Assembly (NCBI GenBank): GCA_012295275.1
Contig: CM022677.1
Location: 62,001 to 126,000 of the forward strand
From: Chrysomallon squamiferum
Lineage: Eukaryota > Animalia > Mollusca
DNA length: 64,000 bases
Direction: 5' to 3'
Part shown: positions 57,545 to 64,000 of the stretch, in pieces
Position numbering within the stretch: the first letter of the stretch is position 1
How the letters are laid out: each line of letters begins with the position of its first letter
Made by a program: the position numbers and the translations under genes
Notes under the pieces: model-generated
What the model was told of the DNA's origin: nothing
The model's input: the letters and a program-made list of their open reading frames with translations, nothing else
The model's database searches: none

Positions 57545-60064
57545 TATACCTTACAGTTTTTGTATTATTTACTACTACTCAGCTACTGTACTAGTACTAC
57601 CTAGTGAAGTTTCAGTGGTCAGTTATAAACAATAAACAGTTGTGTGGAGTACAATTTACTGTAATAGTTCGACAGAACTGATGTAAATATGTTGCTGTTT
57701 GGGTTTGTTTTTATGTGTACCTAAATAAAAAGTATATTAAATTGTTAGTAAAGTTAAAATTAGCCATATTCTGATTTATTATTGCATGGATAATGTTAAG
57801 TTGTCATACGTTGTTACTTTCCTTCCCAGTGTAAAATAAATGGAAGGCAAGTTTGACAGAAGTGGCTACCGTAAACACAGCTCTAGAATGTCATGTATCT
57901 AACTTTTTCATTCATGTATAGAGGTTCTATTACATTATAAATGTTTATCTTGTGATTCAAATAAAAAATTATACAAAATGGTTAATTTTTCCAAATTTTT
58001 ATTTGATTTGTTTATTCCCTGGTATTTGTAACTGACAAAAGTAGTAGTATTTCTATGCATCCTCTGACAATGGGTCAAGATTACTGAAGACTAAAGTTAC
58101 CACATTCCATTTTATATTTATGTTAATTTTCACATACTAATATTTTTAAGATATTTCTTCTTTTTTCTTTAATTCCAGAATTAGACAAATTGATTCAAGC
58201 CTATCAGGGACTCTGCTAGCTTTTAATATGTTTCTATGAGACACAATAGAAGCCTTGACAGAAAACAACTGAGTTTAAGAACAAAATACCAAACTGAAAT
58301 GCATTGCTTTTGTTTAAATATTACTTTCCACACTTATGTAATTATGACTGAATAATTTCTTAAGTGATTTAGTGGTCAGCTATCTTATAGGGGCAAGAAT
58401 AGCTAAAATGTCATTGAAGTTACAGTCCCAGATCATGTATGTATTGGTCAGTGTAATGAATTACAAAAGTGTTTATCTGATGCACTTTATTACATTAGTT
58501 ATAAGCAGTTGTTTGTCATTTTGAATTGAAAAATATCTTATAATTTTCAGTAGATTTTTTTCATTTTCTAAACCTTGTCACACAGTTTTGTGTCACTGGT
58601 GTTACTAGAGGTGAATCTGTGAGTTGAGAAACAATAGCCACTCCTAGATGATCTTCCAACATATAGATGTCAGAAAATAAGTAGTACATGCACAAGAATG
58701 ACTCTGTTTTTCTCAAATATGTCAGTAAAATGAACTGATGGTTTATTCAGTCTCATTAGTGTTGTTGTCATAAACCTGGGTCACTTTGTCCTCTGTGGAG
58801 ATGTCAGTCTTACAGTAGTTTTTATATTTAATCTTTCCGTGTCAATGCGTCTGTTATTGAATTGTTTGATAATATTTATTTTCTTATTTATTATATTGAA
58901 TATTTTAATTTACACTTACTTTTTATTACAAGAAAAATGAAAGTTGAATAGTTAACTTGTATCTATGTGAGCTCTTGTTTTATAATTAAAGCTACATTGT
59001 TTTTGTATTTTCTTTATTTAATATTCAATGATAATTAATACCCTTCATTGACATTAAAATTGAAGAGTAAATTGCAGATATATAAACATTTTCTAACTTA
59101 AGTAGCATCATAAACTTACAAAGGGAAAACAACACAACGCAACCTAGAAACCTTTCCACTTTAATCCAAGAATATAACTAATTTCATGTTAGAAAAACAA
59201 ATCCATTTGCCTATAAAAATATTTCCATATTATTACTGAAGTTGCTATTATACTTAATATTTTAATTCTCTTTTTCATCTGTAGGAACTCAGAAGTTAGG
59301 CAAATGAAATTCTTGATTATATGGACATCCTTGGAAACCCTCTTCATCTTTTCAAAGATGTCACAGAAAGATCTCTGGTGTCATTAATGGAAACGTGAGT
59401 GGATTTCCTAGAAATGTTGTCATGGTGTTTCTAATTCTGCAGCAAAGTTAGTTGTGGCAGTTCCCTGTATTACCTCTCTTTGAGGGAATGATATTTCATT
59501 TAATCAGAAATCAAAGTTTTAAGTCTTTTTATTCAAATTCAGTTTACTGTAATTTTACAACAATGTAAATAAAATGATATAAAAGCTTATGATTTTAAAT
59601 CATGACTAGAAAATTATGTTACAAAATTACTCAATACTTCTGTTGTTTTAATGACCGTAGAAATGCAAATTTGCCTTCATTGAATGAACTGTTTTATATT
59701 GTTAAACAAAGAAACATTTATTTAAGTATTTTGTTAACTTGTTGTGGTAATTGATGCAGTATTTTTCTCCAAAAGCAAAATCAAAGAAACTATCATACAT
59801 TAATATTAGCATAATATTTCTTCTTGTTTTTACTATTATTACTCTTTTTTCTTCTTTATTTACTTATTGTTTTTTTCTTTCCTTTTATTTTCTCTTTTTT
59901 ATGAAATTCATAAATTGTAAATTATTTCAGGATTATGAATATTTTGTACAGGTAGCAGTTCTATATCTGACAGGTACAGTCTCCATGGTGACCAGTACTC
60001 TCAGGTGAACTAAGAAAAAAGGGAGAGAATGCAGCAGGTTTTAAGAGTGTGATATGAAACACTG

Positions 60065-60325
60065 GTTTTACAATCTTCATGCAGAATTCCAGGACATCAT
60101 GTACCTGTTGTTTAAATGCTCCTTCAAAACAAGACTCAAGCTACGTATGTCTCAGTCTTTCAACTCTTGAAGATTGAAGCAGAAAAACACTTCAAGCTGA
60201 AGCCACAGATTATCTAGATTGACATTGAGAAAGCTGTCTCCAGTGCAACAATGAAAGAGTTCAAGGAGATGTTTTTTCAGCACTGCCCAAGCTCTGTGGA
60301 GGAAGATTCAGCATATTGGTCATAC
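60065..60325 (+). mobile_element. Second MULE transposase remnant
   Basis: YNLHA / HVPVV*MLLQNKTQATYVSVFQLLK..PQII*IDIEKAVSSA / CFFSTAQALWRKIQHIG. This is the expected MULE order (LLxNKTxxTY, DFExA, CFFHxxQALWRKIQ). Confidence 0.8.
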
Positions 60326-61100
60326 AAAGAATATTCTGGTAACAGTAGTGTAAGATGAAGAATCACCTAGTTAAAGTTGTTAGTGTTTAGGTAAAAAAAT
60401 GTGTACATTGTTTCTTTACTAATCATAGTTTTCTTTCTTAATATACTAACAGATTAGTCTTGAAGTTTTCATTTATATATATTCTATAAAAAGTTTTTAT
60501 TTATATATATTCTATAAAAAGTTTTTATATCTTCAGTTATTTTACACCTAATAACAAACTACATTACAGTACGAATTAAAAAATATAAATAAATAAATAA
60601 ATAAAATAATTATTTATTATTTTTATTTACTGTTTTATTTGTTTTATGTTGATTTAATTATTCTTCTGAGGATTTAGATGTTAGATTAAAATAAACTAAT
60701 GTACTAGTAATTATATTAATTCACAGTGTAGGAAAACTATGTTCATTCTGGTGAAAATACTCTTTATTAACGTTTAATATCTTTTTATTATTATTTTTTT
60801 TAATTTTTTTTAATTTATTAAACATGATTTTTTTAAGTTTTAGTTGTAGAGTTCATAACGGTTAATAATGAAATTTAATCAAAAATAGTTTTATTTATTA
60901 CAGGGATTCTTGAAAGGAACTGGATGATAATGGAGTTATTGAAACTGTGTTCAAGTCTGTTTCAGCAATGTTTGATTTGACGTCTGCTCTAAATTCCAAT
61001 CACAGACAGAACCCAGCTTGACTCCATCCCCAGAGATGTTGCTGTGTCCTGGTGGGTTGCTTCCAGCATATTCAAGTCCACAAACAGAGTTCAGCAGCTG

Positions 61101-61409
61101 CAGTTGTCAGTGGTAACATTTTTACTCACAGTTTTAATATGTTGATGATACACAACACAACTGAGAGGTAAGCTGCTCAGTTGTCAGTGGTAATATTTTT
61201 ACTCACAGTTTTAATATGTTGATGATACACAACACAACTGAGAGATGAGCTACTCAGTTGTCAGTGGTAATATTTTTACTCACAGTTTTAATATGTTGAT
61301 GATACACAACACAACTGAGAGATGAGCTACTCAGTTGTCAGTGGTAATATTTTTACTCACAGTTTTAATATGTTGATCTTACACAACTGAGAGGTAAGCT
61401 ACTCAGTTG
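61101..61409. repeat. 77-bp tandem repeat, ~4 copies
   Basis: cagttgtcagtggtaa starts at 61101, 61178, 61255 and 61332. Confidence 0.92.
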
Positions 61410-61565
61410 CTGTTATTATAGATGAACAACGCACATGACAACATACACACCAGAATGTTCTCATAAATGTATTTTGTTATATATATTTTCAACTTACTTT
61501 TTTATTTTGTTGAGATTTTAGGTTTTAAAATTATTATTTTTATTATTACTGTTGTTGTTTTTCAT

Positions 61566-61596
<31 letters not shown>

Positions 61597-63648
61597 TTTG
61601 TTTAGTTTGTTGTTGTTATACTTATTAATATTTGTTTAAATTAAGTGGAATTTATTTGTAATAAATATTTAAAATGTTTTTTTTTATTTTCAGTGTTATT
61701 ACAGAAGATTGACTGTACTGGAGCAGTGCTGGAGAAAAAGTTCATATTTTCTCTGATGACATGAAAACATGTTTACTTTCGAAGCTGTTTTCATTAATAC
61801 AACATAATTAATTGACATTCATTACATGTAGGTTTTTCAGGCCCTGTGTGTAAAAAGATGAACATGAAATGAGTAAAAAGAACTTGATATGATTTTTTCT
61901 TTTTTTTTCTGTTACTAACTAGACTTGCTGAAGAAATAATTAAGTCAAAACTAATCCCATTTGAATCATATCTAAACTTCAGTTTACATGTCAAAAACTG
62001 AATAATCCACATTAATATAGTTTATACAACACTGAACATTATTTTTATTTTAATTATAACTTCTACATTTTTTTTCTTCAGGTCTTTTATATTATTTTTT
62101 TTATCATGACCTTGGTTTGAAAATGAAAGAAAACACGTGAGCAGTGACATACTCTGATTCTAAAAGACTTGTGAAATTTGCCTCCAAGTTCAAGTTTGCT
62201 GATCATACTGATGTAAGAAAACAGAAAATGAACCACCTCAATAACAAATATAAGGATCTGAATGTTTGAATAAATGGAAAGTTTTTAGAAAGTTCCTCAT
62301 CAAAATAATTTTTTAAAAACATTACTTCTACGAATCATGGACTGTTCTTATTGAAGAATGTATAATATTGTGATATGAATTTAGATTCAGTCACCGGGTT
62401 GTTGATGAAAGATATAATCAGATGTAGACAGTACACAGAATGTTTGTACCAGACACAGCACCAAGTACAGTCAAGTCTGTGAAAAATAATTTATTTAAAA
62501 AAAAAGACTAATCTTAAAAATCCTTAATTACTGCAAATTTTATAGGTCAAGGGACATAATTTTTTTAAATAATTTATTTATTTGTTTATTTTTTATAATT
62601 AATAATCTAGTTATAATCCAAATGTAAAATAACAAAGAATATCAAGATTTCTGGAAAAGATTTATATAAAAAAAAAAAGGATGTTAATAAAACATAAGGT
62701 GGAAGAAGAAATGTGTTTTGTAAGTTTTATTCTTCAGAAATTTATTTATGAATAATTTGCAGATTACATTATCTGTGAAGCTGTTTCTTTTTTTAATTTG
62801 TTTATAACCAAATGATATTTTTATTGTATTAATATACATTTATTGACAAATCAGAAATCTTCGTACTTTTGTATTTTATAGCACTCTCAGCTCTTTAAAA
62901 TCTTATGAAACGTTTTAAATAATTTTAATTTGAAAATTCAGAAATATTTTATACAATGTTTTTCAAAATATTTGATTACGGAATTTGCTACAGTATTTCA
63001 TAAATTATCTTTTTCACAAGAAAAAATAGTTTTGATGTTGATCTTTGCTTTCTTATTCAAATAAATATTTCAAATTATTATTGTTTTTACTTATATATTT
63101 TTAGCTTCCATTCTCATCTACTTGAGAAAACATTTCTGAAGAGTTAGGAATATTTGTATGTATTGTTTGGATTATAAGGTAATAAAATCAACAGTAGCAG
63201 TAGTATTACAGGAAATAGCAGTAATAGCAAAAGAAATAATAGTATCAGTGGTAATACATGAAATAGTAATAGCGATAGAAATAACAGTAGCAGCAGAAAT
63301 GTATGAAATAGTAGCAGTAGTAATATATATCTATACGATTTATGGGATGGGAACTGATCAATGAGAACTTGAGTGTCTTAAGGTCTAAAATAATGTTATT
63401 GTAAGAAGGCAAATAAATAAAGCCCAGAGTTGTCGTTTTATGAACCATGATTTTAACCTACACAAGAGGTAACTCAATGTAAGGATACTCTGGTGAATAT
63501 TCTCATTAACAACAATACCTCTCCACTTAGTGCATCTGTGAAGACGTCCTCTGTTTAGTTTCAGAGAGAGAACGTTTCCGAATTTTATATAAATAAATAT
63601 ATATATGTGTGTGTGTGTGCGTGTCTGTGTGTATAAAATACTACAGAG

Positions 63649-63744
<96 letters not shown>

Positions 63745-64000
63745 GTCATAAGAGTCGATATATAAATTGAAAAGATACCCATCTTTTAAACCCCCAGCAG
63801 AAATTGGAATATCAGGTCTGTACTCTTATCAACTCACTGTATTGTTAGAAAATTACTTATAACAGTGACATATTATTATTAGACATTCTGATTCTTTTCT
63901 GTTGTCGTATAAGTCATATAGACATGAATATAAACCTTTCTTAAAAATAGTAATATTCAACTATCTTCATTATTTTTTTCCGTTTTCATGGCAACAGTAG

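Larger units (their letters stand above)
53949..59400 (+). pseudogene. MARS1: Unprocessed cytoplasmic methionyl-tRNA synthetase pseudogene
   Basis: GST-like exon at 53949 (WGCL..ELFAIPSWFN); ~54803-54897 LVTSALPYISTLPHHGNITGCVVS (HLGN motif altered); 55387 KCGYHNMRGHQCDVC/LINAVEMK; ~56010-56089 [24 protein letters not shown]; 56527 VFCVWFDVPVDYISVTANYTD; ~57186 KDSVSFHSIF; ~57843 EGKF; ~59322 GH/LGNPLHLFK. Confidence 0.9.
59932..62290 (+). pseudogene. DHX8: Second, internally deleted DHX8/Prp22 pseudogene
   Basis: Clear last exon at ~62100-62275: YHDLGLKMKENT*AVTYSDSKRLVKFASKFKFADHTDVRKQK..HLNNKYKDLNV* vs [54 protein letters not shown]. Weaker matches: S1-domain YFVQV/ELRKKG (59932-60050), QLDSIPRDVAVSW (~61015) and QKIDCTGAVL (~61700). 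Confidence 0.75.

Overview
AT-rich eukaryotic DNA (invertebrate, mollusc-like by repeat style; inference) dense in microsatellites, so most listed ORFs are artefacts. One intact gene is supported: a two-coding-exon BTB-BACK-PHR gene (39077-40633, +). An inverted paralog (~9060-12660, -) keeps the upstream region and an open PHR domain but has lost the BTB domain and most of BACK. The right third holds decayed, intron-retaining copies of conserved housekeeping genes that the ORF track mostly misses: DHX8/Prp22 (two copies, plus a possible third at the left end), CAMSAP/Patronin and cytoplasmic MetRS. Mobile-element remnants include two MULE transposases (one with in-frame minisatellite expansions), an L1/Tx1-like RT, an I/Nimb-like endonuclease and a tRNA-derived SINE. 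All homology calls come from manual translation and recalled motifs, not database searches.
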